Of a stretch of DNA of 64,000 nucleotides, positions 51,953 through 61,782 are shown piece by piece. Position 1 is the first letter of the stretch. Each line of letters begins with the position of its first letter. A program made the position numbers and the translations under genes. The notes beneath the pieces are model-generated. The model was not told the origin of the DNA and made no database searches. It saw only the letters and a list, made by a program, of their open reading frames with translations. This DNA is from a virus, in the IMG/VR virus record IMGVR_UViG_3300046787_000675, positions 32,001-96,000 of that record; one strand, written 5' to 3'.

Positions 51953-53383
51953 TTATTTTCTCCGTCTTGGTTTAATACCTGGTTTCTGGTCTATGTTTTC
52001 CATAGATTCTTCTGGATCACTTGTTGCAGTTCCTAGTTTGTTATCTGACTCTTCCCGGAACTTACCCATTAGAATATTCTTCTCTTCTGCAGATAATTTA
52101 GTACCTGTTCCCGGCGGTTTGAAATCCTGCTTTTTATATTTCTTTTTAGTATTAATCCACAGTATTTTTTTCAATTTACTGTAGAATTCAGGATCTTCTT
52201 CGCAACGGGCAATTATAGCAGCTCCTACTTCCGAAGGACTTACATCCTTTAAACCAAATGTTTTCGAACTGCATTTTGCAGCACTTTCTCTAGTTATATC
52301 TAGGATTGCATTTAATTCTGATGCAGCTACTACAGATTCGCCACTACCCCAACCGACAGTTCCGCCGGCAAGAATATCAACAAGCGCTCTTTCCCAGTCG
52401 AAATCAACAGTAATCGTTGTTCTTTCTTCCTGACTCTCTTTATCTATATAAGAATCCCGGACAGTCTTCATCAACAAACCTATTTGTCGACCTTGCTCCG
52501 AAAAACATGACTTTAATGTTTTTAGAGTAAAACCTTGCCGTTTTTCACCTACACCATGTTTACCTATACTGTTAGCACGGGAAACCTGTATCCATAGAGA
52601 ATACATAAAGTCTTTATGTACGCCCCCTGGAGTATAGATTTCTTTTTTTGCAAAGCCGGACGGAGGGGCTCCACCTTCTTTATTATCATCTTTATCATGG
52701 TTTATGGCCAGAAGTATTGCCGGCCATTTATTGACAAAGTGAGGTACAAATATTTTTAGGTAATGTGTTAAATTACCTGCCTGCTTCATACCTGAATACC
52801 CTGGAACATGTTCTCCTTTTTCTAACGACTTTATTGCGGAGTCTTCTGAAGATAGACATGATAGGGAGTCTACGTAATACAGTAAGGGTATACCGTAACT
52901 AGGATTATCATCCAGTTTCCCTGTCTTAGGATTTTTTATATGGGTCTTAGCACAGACAGATGTCATGGTAGAGCTAATTGTAGTTAGATCACTAAACATA
53001 TCTTCCTGTGTTTTAGGGGCCACACGCCAGAAGTTACCGTCTGCTGTAGGTTTACCCATACCTCTGTAGATACCATGGACTTGGTCCCATGTTGTTTTAT
53101 TTTCTGCATCCACAAAGCCGGTATATCCTCCTTTACCGGAGATAAAGGAAGATAGGAACCATCCGAAAACAGATTTACCTGCCCCTTGTTTACCCGTTAA
53201 GGTAATGGATCTCTCCAGGGGCAGGACATCGATTCCGATTAGAAATTGAAGGGCTAAATATCTAGGAGGGATCTCAATACCATAAGTTAAATTCATGGTA
53301 TCTTGCGTATCTTTTATATACTCACTACCATTCTTCATCTTACAGAATTGATCTATAAGTGCGTTCTCTAGAATTTCATGCAT
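51953..53383 (-). CDS. RecA/UvsX-like recombinase
   Basis: GKQGAGKS, FVDAENK, YVDSL, AINH, TPGG. Confidence 0.8.
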   Translation of the reverse strand: MHEILENALIDQFCKMKNGSEYIKDTQDTMNLTYGIEIPPRYLALQFLIGIDVLPLERSITLTGKQGAGKSVFGWFLSSFISGKGGYTGFVDAENKTTWDQVHGIYRGMGKPTADGNFWRVAPKTQEDMFSDLTTISSTMTSVCAKTHIKNPKTGKLDDNPSYGIPLLYYVDSLSCLSSEDSAIKSLEKGEHVPGYSGMKQAGNLTHYLKIFVPHFVNKWPAILLAINHDKDDNKEGGAPPSGFAKKEIYTPGGVHKDFMYSLWIQVSRANSIGKHGVGEKRQGFTLKTLKSCFSEQGRQIGLLMKTVRDSYIDKESQEERTTITVDFDWERALVDILAGGTVGWGSGESVVAASELNAILDITRESAAKCSSKTFGLKDVSPSEVGAAIIARCEEDPEFYSKLKKILWINTKKKYKKQDFKPPGTGTKLSAEEKNILMGKFREESDNKLGTATSDPEESMENIDQKPGIKPRRRK

Positions 53384-53386
53384 ATC

Positions 53387-55072
53387 TTAGTCCTCGTTAT
53401 CTATTTCACCTGCCATCATACTTGCCGCTAAATCCTCATCGAAAAACTCATCGGAGTCTTCTTCTGGAATAGACATAGGAAGCGGTGGAGGCGGAGGTGT
53501 TTGTGCTTTGCTTCTAGTTGCTGTTACCGGCGGAGGTGTTGCTTGTCCTGCTTTAGGTGCCACGGGTAAACTTGGGAGGTTAGGTAATCCAGGCAAACTT
53601 GCCGGCGCTGCTTTATTAACAGGTGCTGCCGTAGTCTGCTGTGTTTTAGGTAACGCAGGCAAACTCGCAGGTGCAGCTGCTTTAGGGGCAGGTGTTGCAG
53701 TAGTCTGCTGTGTTTTAGGTAGTCCCGGTAATCCTGGAAGTTGCGGAGGTAAAGCCGGACCTCTTTGTACCGCAGCGTTTGGATCTGTATAGGTTGGAGG
53801 AGGCATAGTAGAGGTTTGTGTCGTATTATGTCCCGGCACCTGTTGGTTGTTTCTTTGTAAAGGGTGTACACCTTTCGCAACCATATCCTTTGCCCCATAT
53901 ACAGGATCGGAAATATTTTCGGATGTCCCTATTACAGGAGTGTCTCCGTTTAAATATTCCAGATAAGGAGAATACTGTTTTACATTACGCAACGCAAAAT
54001 CAACAGCTTCCGGCGAGTACACTTTTACAAGTGTTTCCAGTACATCTTCAATAGCAGCAGGCAATAATATTTCATCCCACGTTCTATACACTTGTTTAAG
54101 ATAATCCAATGAGATTGGACAGGCTAAACCGGAATCCTCTAAAGTATATTCGACTTTAGTTGATCCTTGTGCAGCGTTTATCTGTGTATATGCAGTAAGA
54201 ACTACAAGGTTACCGCCTAAACCGATATTACCGAATTTATTGTTCTCGAACGTGGCAATACCTTCTTCATCCATACTGATCATTTGTGCCGGTCTAAGGA
54301 GATTACGTAAGAATGCTGTTACTGCATTTCTAGGAATTATAAGAACGCCTAGTTCCGGAGTATCCAGCTTTACACCGTTCTCCTGATACACTATACATCT
54401 TACCATTACTTCCCTGATACCGGGACCAGATAAAGATATAGGTCGACCATCGGCGCTAATAAAATCATTACCAAGAGGTGATTTATTAGAACAACTGCAA
54501 CTGGCGCAATCCATATTTAACCATTTAAGCCATTTAGCAGGAACGTCAGGTTGTACCTTTACATTCAGTAATTCTTTTGCTTCGAGTAATTTTATATAGA
54601 TATTACGAACAACACGTTGTAGTGGTGACATGTAGTAACTGACAGCTCTACCTTGTCTATCTAACCACCCCAGTTTTGCTCCTTTACTCGGGTCTGCCTC
54701 GTCCTGTAACTCGCCGGCTTCGCTATACCCGTATGTTCCACCGAGGATAGATGCATTAGTCGTACCGCAGCCCTTTAATACATCCGCGGATACTAACCAA
54801 TCCCCCATTTTATCTTGCGGGGATGTCTCATCCGGATACATAACCATGTCTTCTAATGCCACACCATCCTCTGCTATGGAAGGAAGTATCTTGATTAGAG
54901 TTTTATTATATACCGGTGCTTCCGGTTTACTCTTATCTTTATTTTTAGTTACTTTTGAACTAACCAGTCTGTACCCGCATCCGGGTTTTAATACATAGTC
55001 AGTAATAGGCATTAAACTACCTTCTTCCCATGTTTTTGCAGCTTGCTGCTGCGGTCTCGGTCTTCTATACAT
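53387..55072 (-). CDS. Probable ssDNA-binding/annealing protein with Pro/Ala-rich linker and acidic tail
   Basis: Position between RecA and PolA, IKILP motif and acidic C-terminus. The function is inferred. Confidence 0.4.
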   Translation of the reverse strand: MYRRPRPQQQAAKTWEEGSLMPITDYVLKPGCGYRLVSSKVTKNKDKSKPEAPVYNKTLIKILPSIAEDGVALEDMVMYPDETSPQDKMGDWLVSADVLKGCGTTNASILGGTYGYSEAGELQDEADPSKGAKLGWLDRQGRAVSYYMSPLQRVVRNIYIKLLEAKELLNVKVQPDVPAKWLKWLNMDCASCSCSNKSPLGNDFISADGRPISLSGPGIREVMVRCIVYQENGVKLDTPELGVLIIPRNAVTAFLRNLLRPAQMISMDEEGIATFENNKFGNIGLGGNLVVLTAYTQINAAQGSTKVEYTLEDSGLACPISLDYLKQVYRTWDEILLPAAIEDVLETLVKVYSPEAVDFALRNVKQYSPYLEYLNGDTPVIGTSENISDPVYGAKDMVAKGVHPLQRNNQQVPGHNTTQTSTMPPPTYTDPNAAVQRGPALPPQLPGLPGLPKTQQTTATPAPKAAAPASLPALPKTQQTTAAPVNKAAPASLPGLPNLPSLPVAPKAGQATPPPVTATRSKAQTPPPPPLPMSIPEEDSDEFFDEDLAASMMAGEIDNED

Positions 55073-55083
55073 TTTTTTTTCCT

Positions 55084-57201
55084 TTAATATACTTTTGCTT
55101 TTGGGGGTTTATTTAATTGTAATTGACTCTCGGGTATTTTTAGTTTTTTATCGACTACCCAGCCAAACTCTACAGCATCTTCCCAAATTAATGTTTCCTT
55201 CAATACTGGATGAATAATTTCTTTTGCTTCTTTTCTCCAGCGTCTCATTAAAGTTCCTTCACATTTTAGTCCTGTCACATTCGGTAATACGATGCGCATA
55301 CCAAAAAGCATAAGCTCTTTAATTCTTTTGATTTTTTCTTGTAGCTTCGGGTCGTTCTCCTCTAGTTCAAATAACAATTCGTCGTGCACCATATTTACCA
55401 TTTCGAATCCTTCCAGCCACAAATACCACATAGCGAGTTTTATCCCGTCGGCAACTAATCCCTGGAAAGGATAATTACAGGCAGCACAGTAGCCGGATTT
55501 GGTTTTGATACGGTTTGTTATTGTAGATGCGATATAGGCTTTTTCTATCTTTTTTTCGGTCGAACTTATCTTTACTTCGCGAGTTCCGCCTTCAAGCGGA
55601 GACAGGTGATACTTCATTTCAGGGAAACTTGTTACCCATAAATCCAGTAACTCTTCCGCTTCTTCTATTGTTATATCTACGCCGTAATTTCGAGCATAAG
55701 TAACAAAGGTTTTTGCGGATAATCCTCCCGGTTTTCCGAAGTTTAGGGCTTTTGCTATTTGTCTGTACCATGCTTTTCCTCGAACACCTTCTGAGTCATC
55801 TGCAGGAAGTTTTTCCCAATCCTCATCTGTTGCTCTTTCGAATAACTTGAAGATCTTTTGACCAAGCCATACATGCAGGTCTACTCCGGAATTAATAACA
55901 TCCAGCATCACAGAGAAATTGTACCGCGTGTAACATGTCTGAGCTAAAGCACATAATTCTGCCTGTGAATAGTCGCAGGCGAATAACAGCTTTCCTTCCG
56001 GTGCCTTATATATTCCTCTTAGACCTTCTTTCCTAGGTACGTTTTGGAGATTAGGGTAAGAACACGAAGTTCTACCTGTCTTAACCATGTCCCTGTATGT
56101 AGGGTGTACCCGACCATCCCTGCCTATTCTATCATAAATAATTGTCCCGTCTTCCTGGACAGTATTATCGGACAAATAGGTAATAAGCATTTTATTAAGA
56201 TGCTTATATTCTTTATACAATTTAATGAATGTGTAATCGTTGGGAATAGTTGCCAACGCTTCATCCGTTGTCTTTATCCTGGGTGGTTTAGGAGGTGTAG
56301 CGCGAATTATAGTTCCATCTGCTTTCTTTCTCGCGACAGTACCTTTATTTCCTGCTGTTCTAGGTAGAGTGATATTAAATACTTGTTCCATGAACTCCAG
56401 GCGTCGTTGCAGCTCTTTATCCGAGGACTCTCCCGGACGCCAGTTAAAGTATTCTAATTCTTTTAGCTTTAACTGTATCGAATCGTTAATTTTTGTGTAT
56501 AGGCGCTGTCGTTCGTTACTATCTACATACATTCCCCGTAAGGATATATCGTAGAGAACTAACTTCCCATATAAACATATAAATTCAGTAGGATACTCTC
56601 TATTTAACATCTTATACAATTGACATGTATAAGCTGTATCCAGACAAGCATATACAAGATGCTCTGTTGAAGGCATCCAGTACTTATCTCCATCCATTAA
56701 TTTAAATGTTAATCGTATGTTTTTATCTTTATCTACTTTAATGCGCAACATAGTAAGACATGCATAATCGAGCGACGATAATCCTACAAACGTTCCATGC
56801 GCCATGGTATGTAGTATAAACTTAACCTGGGTATCTATGATTTCTTTATCGAGTAATTTTTTCAAAAGATACCGACAATCTGTTCTAGGATCGCCTAATA
56901 CAAAAATATCAAAAGGAGCATTATGAAATATCCATTTACTTCCCGGGTTATTTTCATCGAGTTCCCGGAAGTAATCCCCCCAGTAGGCTACATGTACTAT
57001 ATGTATAACCCCAGCATTATCGTCGCATACTGTAGCTAATACAGGTATTATAGGAGACCCTTTTTGTATTTCTTCGGTCTCCGAGTCAATACCTATAAAA
57101 TCAGCATTTTTTATTGGTTTAGTCACCCCTGGTATATACCACTCAGCACTATATGATTTGTCCCGGGTATGTATTGGTATGACGTAACTATCTACCGACA
57201 T
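55084..57201 (-). CDS. polA: Family A DNA polymerase with 3'-5' exonuclease
   Basis: DSETE, HNAPFD, TGRTSCSYPNLQN, DYSQAEL, RQIAKALNFG, NYPFQG, VHDEL. Confidence 0.95.
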   Translation of the reverse strand: MSVDSYVIPIHTRDKSYSAEWYIPGVTKPIKNADFIGIDSETEEIQKGSPIIPVLATVCDDNAGVIHIVHVAYWGDYFRELDENNPGSKWIFHNAPFDIFVLGDPRTDCRYLLKKLLDKEIIDTQVKFILHTMAHGTFVGLSSLDYACLTMLRIKVDKDKNIRLTFKLMDGDKYWMPSTEHLVYACLDTAYTCQLYKMLNREYPTEFICLYGKLVLYDISLRGMYVDSNERQRLYTKINDSIQLKLKELEYFNWRPGESSDKELQRRLEFMEQVFNITLPRTAGNKGTVARKKADGTIIRATPPKPPRIKTTDEALATIPNDYTFIKLYKEYKHLNKMLITYLSDNTVQEDGTIIYDRIGRDGRVHPTYRDMVKTGRTSCSYPNLQNVPRKEGLRGIYKAPEGKLLFACDYSQAELCALAQTCYTRYNFSVMLDVINSGVDLHVWLGQKIFKLFERATDEDWEKLPADDSEGVRGKAWYRQIAKALNFGKPGGLSAKTFVTYARNYGVDITIEEAEELLDLWVTSFPEMKYHLSPLEGGTREVKISSTEKKIEKAYIASTITNRIKTKSGYCAACNYPFQGLVADGIKLAMWYLWLEGFEMVNMVHDELLFELEENDPKLQEKIKRIKELMLFGMRIVLPNVTGLKCEGTLMRRWRKEAKEIIHPVLKETLIWEDAVEFGWVVDKKLKIPESQLQLNKPPKAKVY

Positions 57202-58322
57202 AATTTTCTAGCTTCTGTTATTAGGTTAGTGATCTCTTCTCTAGAGTAGTTATCCGGGTCGTAACCCTCGGCTAATCTCAATGCAGTTATTCCGTTTTTG
57301 AATATTTTCTGCTCTCTACATATTGTTTCAATCTCTTTTGCTTTTGCATACGCTTCCGCTTCCCCGTCAAAAACTATAACGCAGGAGGCAAAAGAACCCC
57401 ACACTAGTTTTAATATTTTTAACTGTTCTTCAGAAACAGATTTTCCGAATGTAGCTACGGCGTTTTTACCTATGCGCCATACATCTGTTACTCCCTCAAC
57501 TATTACAAGATCTGTACAGTAAGATGCAGCAGACATGTTATATAACCATTGAGACTTACCTTCTGTAGTTACCGATAAAGGAGGGAATATGTATTTTTTA
57601 TTCAGATGTTTAATAGGGTGAGGTTTTATAGCCCGGGCTTGCCAACCTATTATTTTATATGCCCGTGTTATAGGTATCAGTAATCTGTCGTCCCAGGATA
57701 TAATATCTTTCCCGGTTTGACCCGTCCATAATTTACTTCCTTTCGGCAGGTACCGAACATCGAAATCAGCATCCAATTCTGAAGGCGTGTACCTTCTTGA
57801 ATAGATATACTGTATTACTTCTTCCGGAACAAGGGGAGAGGTTAGAGGGTAGTTCACCGGTAAATCTACCTTATCGATAAGACCACCAAAATATTTACCT
57901 GGTTTTGTCTTTATTATCTGTTCCGGGGATATTTTGTATCCTTCTTCTACAATCTGTTTAAGTAAAGGATTAAGATAACACCCTTCATTCTTACAGTCAT
58001 ATACAAGACCAAATAGATACCATCCACCGCTTTTCTCGATGCCTGTTTTTTTGCATTTTGTTTTCGATGTAGATGTTTTCGTACCGGTAAAGTGCGAGAT
58101 ATATAACCGTTTTCGGGTGTCTCCGCAATTAGGACAATCTACATGGTATGTCTCTCCCCAATCAGATACTTTGGCATAGGGTTTTGTTTTATCTTGTTTA
58201 AACCTACCTATTGCAACTTCCGACGGGCAGCTATATGCCCCCTCTTTTCCTACACCTGTAACCTCTACATATTTGAACCGATTAACTAATGCTGTATATA
58301 GACCTGGATTGCGTATTTCCAT
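57192..58322 (-). CDS. DnaG-type TOPRIM primase with zinc finger
   Basis: CPNCGD...C--EGC, GWQAR, VEGVTD, FDGE, DPD. Confidence 0.88.
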   Translation of the reverse strand: MEIRNPGLYTALVNRFKYVEVTGVGKEGAYSCPSEVAIGRFKQDKTKPYAKVSDWGETYHVDCPNCGDTRKRLYISHFTGTKTSTSKTKCKKTGIEKSGGWYLFGLVYDCKNEGCYLNPLLKQIVEEGYKISPEQIIKTKPGKYFGGLIDKVDLPVNYPLTSPLVPEEVIQYIYSRRYTPSELDADFDVRYLPKGSKLWTGQTGKDIISWDDRLLIPITRAYKIIGWQARAIKPHPIKHLNKKYIFPPLSVTTEGKSQWLYNMSAASYCTDLVIVEGVTDVWRIGKNAVATFGKSVSEEQLKILKLVWGSFASCVIVFDGEAEAYAKAKEIETICREQKIFKNGITALRLAEGYDPDNYSREEITNLITEARKLCR

Positions 58323-59767
58323 TATAATCCTCCTAGATCTAGTTTTCGTTGTCCGGACATTATATTCGTTATATCCGCATGATAGGAATTAACATCGCTA
58401 TCGAAGTTGTCCGGATCTTCGAACCGACAGAATGCACCATTTAATTTTTGCTTCCGGGTTGTTTTTGCCGTCGATCTCGCTTTATCCGTATGTACGGTAG
58501 CAATGTTATCACTATCCCTATTTCCTATTATAAAACAAAAGTCGAACATATTAGGGAATGTTTTATTTTCCTGCGCATGTGCACCGGTCAATTTTGCTTT
58601 AGGACCTTTCTCATTGGCAACACCCGATAACTGGTGTAGAACTATAATAGGACAGTTAAATTCCTCGGCAAACTGTTTAAGTTTGTGCAGGTTATCTCTA
58701 TCGTGTCTTCTTGCTTGTGGATCTGATTTTATTGAAGGATTGTTTATATTTAACTGGTCGGATAACCTGCCCCACCAATCTATGACTATACATCCCGGAG
58801 GTTCATTATTCGCTATATCCTTATGCACCTCTTCGAATAAACCGTCGAGCGATTGATATTTAGTAGTAGATACATCTGCAAACTTAGAATATTTAAGATA
58901 ACGCGGTTTAGCCTTTGTAAGTAACTCTTTTGTATCTGCAGGTACAGCCTTCCAACCTGCAGAGAAAACCTTACGTTGTAACCCTGTGGCCAGGCAACAG
59001 AACCTTATAAACAAATCACCTTTTAATTTCTGCTCTGTTGAATAATACCAGCAATTTCTAGATGTAGCGACACATGCTGCTAAGATCATACAGCCTATGG
59101 TTGATTTACCTCCGCCGGACGGTGCCAGAATACCTATTAATTCGCCGGGTGCTACGCCGCCGTCTAACATCTCATCTATAAACTTAACACCTATAGATTT
59201 ACGCATAGCTGCAGCAAGCATCTCCTCAAAATCTTGTGCGAAGATAGGTTCTACTTTAGCCCGGGTAAACGGGTCGTTTTCGTATTTTAAAACATATTTT
59301 TTTGCTCGTTCGTAAATATCATCTACTTCAAGATCTTCAGCACCGGTTAGCTCAGTTTTAAACGAGTTACTTATAAAAGATACATAATCTGATTTAATTA
59401 TGGTTATAACGTCATCGTTATTTATTTCCGTTACAGGAGCATTGAATGCATAACGAATAAAATCAGTGTAATATAATGTATCTGCTTCAGATAACTCGTA
59501 GTAGGTAAACCACGCCGGCATATCCAGTGTATATGAAGATAGATTCGGTAGCTTGTGTGTCCTCTCATAATACATATTCATATAATTAAATATTATATTA
59601 GCGAATGGGTAATTATTGAAATATCCCATCTCCAATAATAATTCTTTGGAGGCCTCATATAAAGCTTGATCACGCATTACATGTCGAATTACAGTTTTTA
59701 CATCTCTGTAATCGGAGTCACTGTCTCTTCCGCTACCGAAAGAAGTCAGCGAAAAATTGTCGGGCAT
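58322..59767 (-). CDS. DnaB-like replicative helicase
   Basis: APSGGGKST, STEQ, VIDW, LHQL, KARS. Confidence 0.85.
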   Translation of the reverse strand: MPDNFSLTSFGSGRDSDSDYRDVKTVIRHVMRDQALYEASKELLLEMGYFNNYPFANIIFNYMNMYYERTHKLPNLSSYTLDMPAWFTYYELSEADTLYYTDFIRYAFNAPVTEINNDDVITIIKSDYVSFISNSFKTELTGAEDLEVDDIYERAKKYVLKYENDPFTRAKVEPIFAQDFEEMLAAAMRKSIGVKFIDEMLDGGVAPGELIGILAPSGGGKSTIGCMILAACVATSRNCWYYSTEQKLKGDLFIRFCCLATGLQRKVFSAGWKAVPADTKELLTKAKPRYLKYSKFADVSTTKYQSLDGLFEEVHKDIANNEPPGCIVIDWWGRLSDQLNINNPSIKSDPQARRHDRDNLHKLKQFAEEFNCPIIVLHQLSGVANEKGPKAKLTGAHAQENKTFPNMFDFCFIIGNRDSDNIATVHTDKARSTAKTTRKQKLNGAFCRFEDPDNFDSDVNSYHADITNIMSGQRKLDLGGL

Positions 59768-60371
59768 ATTCGTTTTCTCCTTCGTTTTGTTTTATTTTTT
59801 CAGTTAGCAGAGGACAAACTATAACCATTTCTGGTGATATTCTATAGTGCTCTCCGATCGCAACGGACAATTTAAAAAATATATCATCTATGAATTTTTT
59901 AGGTAAACTATGCCAGTAGATGCATAGTGTTTCGGCAAGTTGCCAGGGTCCAAGTTGCACTTGTCTATTGCCTATTATTTGCTCAACAGACATACCCATC
60001 TCTTCCCACATCCTTATATTTTCCAAAGCGACATTAAAACTTATCTGCATACGCTGTAGTCTTGTTTTTTTAAAGTCCATGAAATCTTTAACTATTTCTT
60101 TAGAGCACATTGCTGCGTAGTAATTTGCTCGTTGTCTATTCTTTTCATCGTCATCATGAAAGAAACAATAATAGCCTGCGTACTCCATACCGGAATAACC
60201 GACCTTCTTTAGGTAATTATCAATAGGTGCCATTATTTCTAAATTTTCTTTCCGTCGTGTCTTGTGCGGATACCCGCCTAATTTCTCTACCGCTTCCGAT
60301 ATCGAAATAGACAGGTTTAAAAATTTAGATAAACTCCCAAGGTTGTTTAATACTCCATCGTTGTTCCGCAT
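59733..60371 (-). CDS. Hypothetical protein
   Basis: ORF overlapping both neighbours in the operon. Confidence 0.55.
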   Translation of the reverse strand: MRNNDGVLNNLGSLSKFLNLSISISEAVEKLGGYPHKTRRKENLEIMAPIDNYLKKVGYSGMEYAGYYCFFHDDDEKNRQRANYYAAMCSKEIVKDFMDFKKTRLQRMQISFNVALENIRMWEEMGMSVEQIIGNRQVQLGPWQLAETLCIYWHSLPKKFIDDIFFKLSVAIGEHYRISPEMVIVCPLLTEKIKQNEGENEYARQFFADFFR

Positions 60372-61782
60372 AGTGTTTTATTCTTTTTTTAGATTTAACT
60401 AGAAACCCGTCACCGAAGTCATCTAGAAAATCGTATACTATTCCTTTTTCTTTTCCCGGAGCCACTCTACTTAACCGACCAACTATTTGTATTGCATCAA
60501 TAGACCCGCCACTTCCGTCTGCACGGATAAGCACATTTAAGTTAGGGAAGTCGACTCCCTCTCGCCATGCCGGTGTAGCTATAACTTTCTTTATTGCGCC
60601 GGCGCGGAATAGCTTTTTCATTCGTGTTAGATCTATATTTCTAATGTTATCTATAAACGGTTTAGTGTCTGTTACTAAACCTAATTTACAGAATTCAGCC
60701 CACTTCTCGTTACCTTCAACAGTATTCGGAATACCTCTATGGGCTATGTAGAAATCCGGCAATAACAAACGCAAGAATAAAGCATGTTCTAAAGTTTTGA
60801 CAAGTATAATAATGCTGTCTTCTTTATGTTTATTTGCTGCCCGGGCAATGGTTTGATTTCTGACATCATTTCGCCAATAACCATATCTTGCTCGCTTTGT
60901 ATCGGAGACATTTCGCTGCTTATCCATTGGCCAAGATGACCATGGCATTACAGTTTTAACAGCGACTATACGTGCTTCGATAGGGCAGACAAGATCAAGA
61001 TTTTCCGCTTGCTGATAAGACACAGTGTATCGTATCGGACCCAGCATTGCTATTATCTCTAAATCACACCCATCTGGTCTACCGTCAGGGGATGCAGATA
61101 AACCGTATTTACGACACTCTATTCTGCTTATAAGAGGTAATTGAATGTCGGATGCGCACCCATGGCACTCATCATAAATAAAAATATCCGGCCAGTTAGA
61201 AGGGAGCTTGTGTAAACTTTTAGATGTTATTACGGCCACTCTACAGGAAGGTTTAAATCCTTTACCCCCTGAAACCATGTGAACTTCTGCGGGTTTAGGA
61301 ACATTCTCTTTTATCCGGCTATATATCTCTTCAAGTACAGCAGCTCTAGTTGTAACTATTGCTATCCTTAATGTAGGATACATTTTTACCATCTGTACAA
61401 TCAAGTAAGTTTTACCAAAACCAGGAGGACATTCTATAATACCCATGCGATTTTTTATTACGACATCAAGAGCTTCGGGCTGAAGCTCTCTCAGTTCGCC
61501 GATATTACTTTTATCTGCAGGTTCTAAGGCCGGTCGATCATCTACAATATTTAAAGTATATCCCTTCTCTTTCAAGTGCTCAACAGCAATTTCCAGTACG
61601 CCTTCGTATGTAATGGCGGAGTTATCTTTGGCTACAGTGTATATTGTCCTTAATTCGGACGTAAACCCATAAGGCCACTTCATTGATTTCTTAACTTTTT
61701 TATAGCTAAGTACAGTAGATAACGACGCCACCCATGGCTTTATATGGACTATTCCTTTAGATACGTAGATGTTGATTAACAT
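60325..61782 (-). CDS. SF2 DExH helicase (UvsW/ResIII-like)
   Basis: PPGFGKT, DECH, SAS, EGVDFP, QIVGRLSR. Confidence 0.9.
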   Translation of the reverse strand: MLINIYVSKGIVHIKPWVASLSTVLSYKKVKKSMKWPYGFTSELRTIYTVAKDNSAITYEGVLEIAVEHLKEKGYTLNIVDDRPALEPADKSNIGELRELQPEALDVVIKNRMGIIECPPGFGKTYLIVQMVKMYPTLRIAIVTTRAAVLEEIYSRIKENVPKPAEVHMVSGGKGFKPSCRVAVITSKSLHKLPSNWPDIFIYDECHGCASDIQLPLISRIECRKYGLSASPDGRPDGCDLEIIAMLGPIRYTVSYQQAENLDLVCPIEARIVAVKTVMPWSSWPMDKQRNVSDTKRARYGYWRNDVRNQTIARAANKHKEDSIIILVKTLEHALFLRLLLPDFYIAHRGIPNTVEGNEKWAEFCKLGLVTDTKPFIDNIRNIDLTRMKKLFRAGAIKKVIATPAWREGVDFPNLNVLIRADGSGGSIDAIQIVGRLSRVAPGKEKGIVYDFLDDFGDGFLVKSKKRIKHYAEQRWSIKQPWEFI

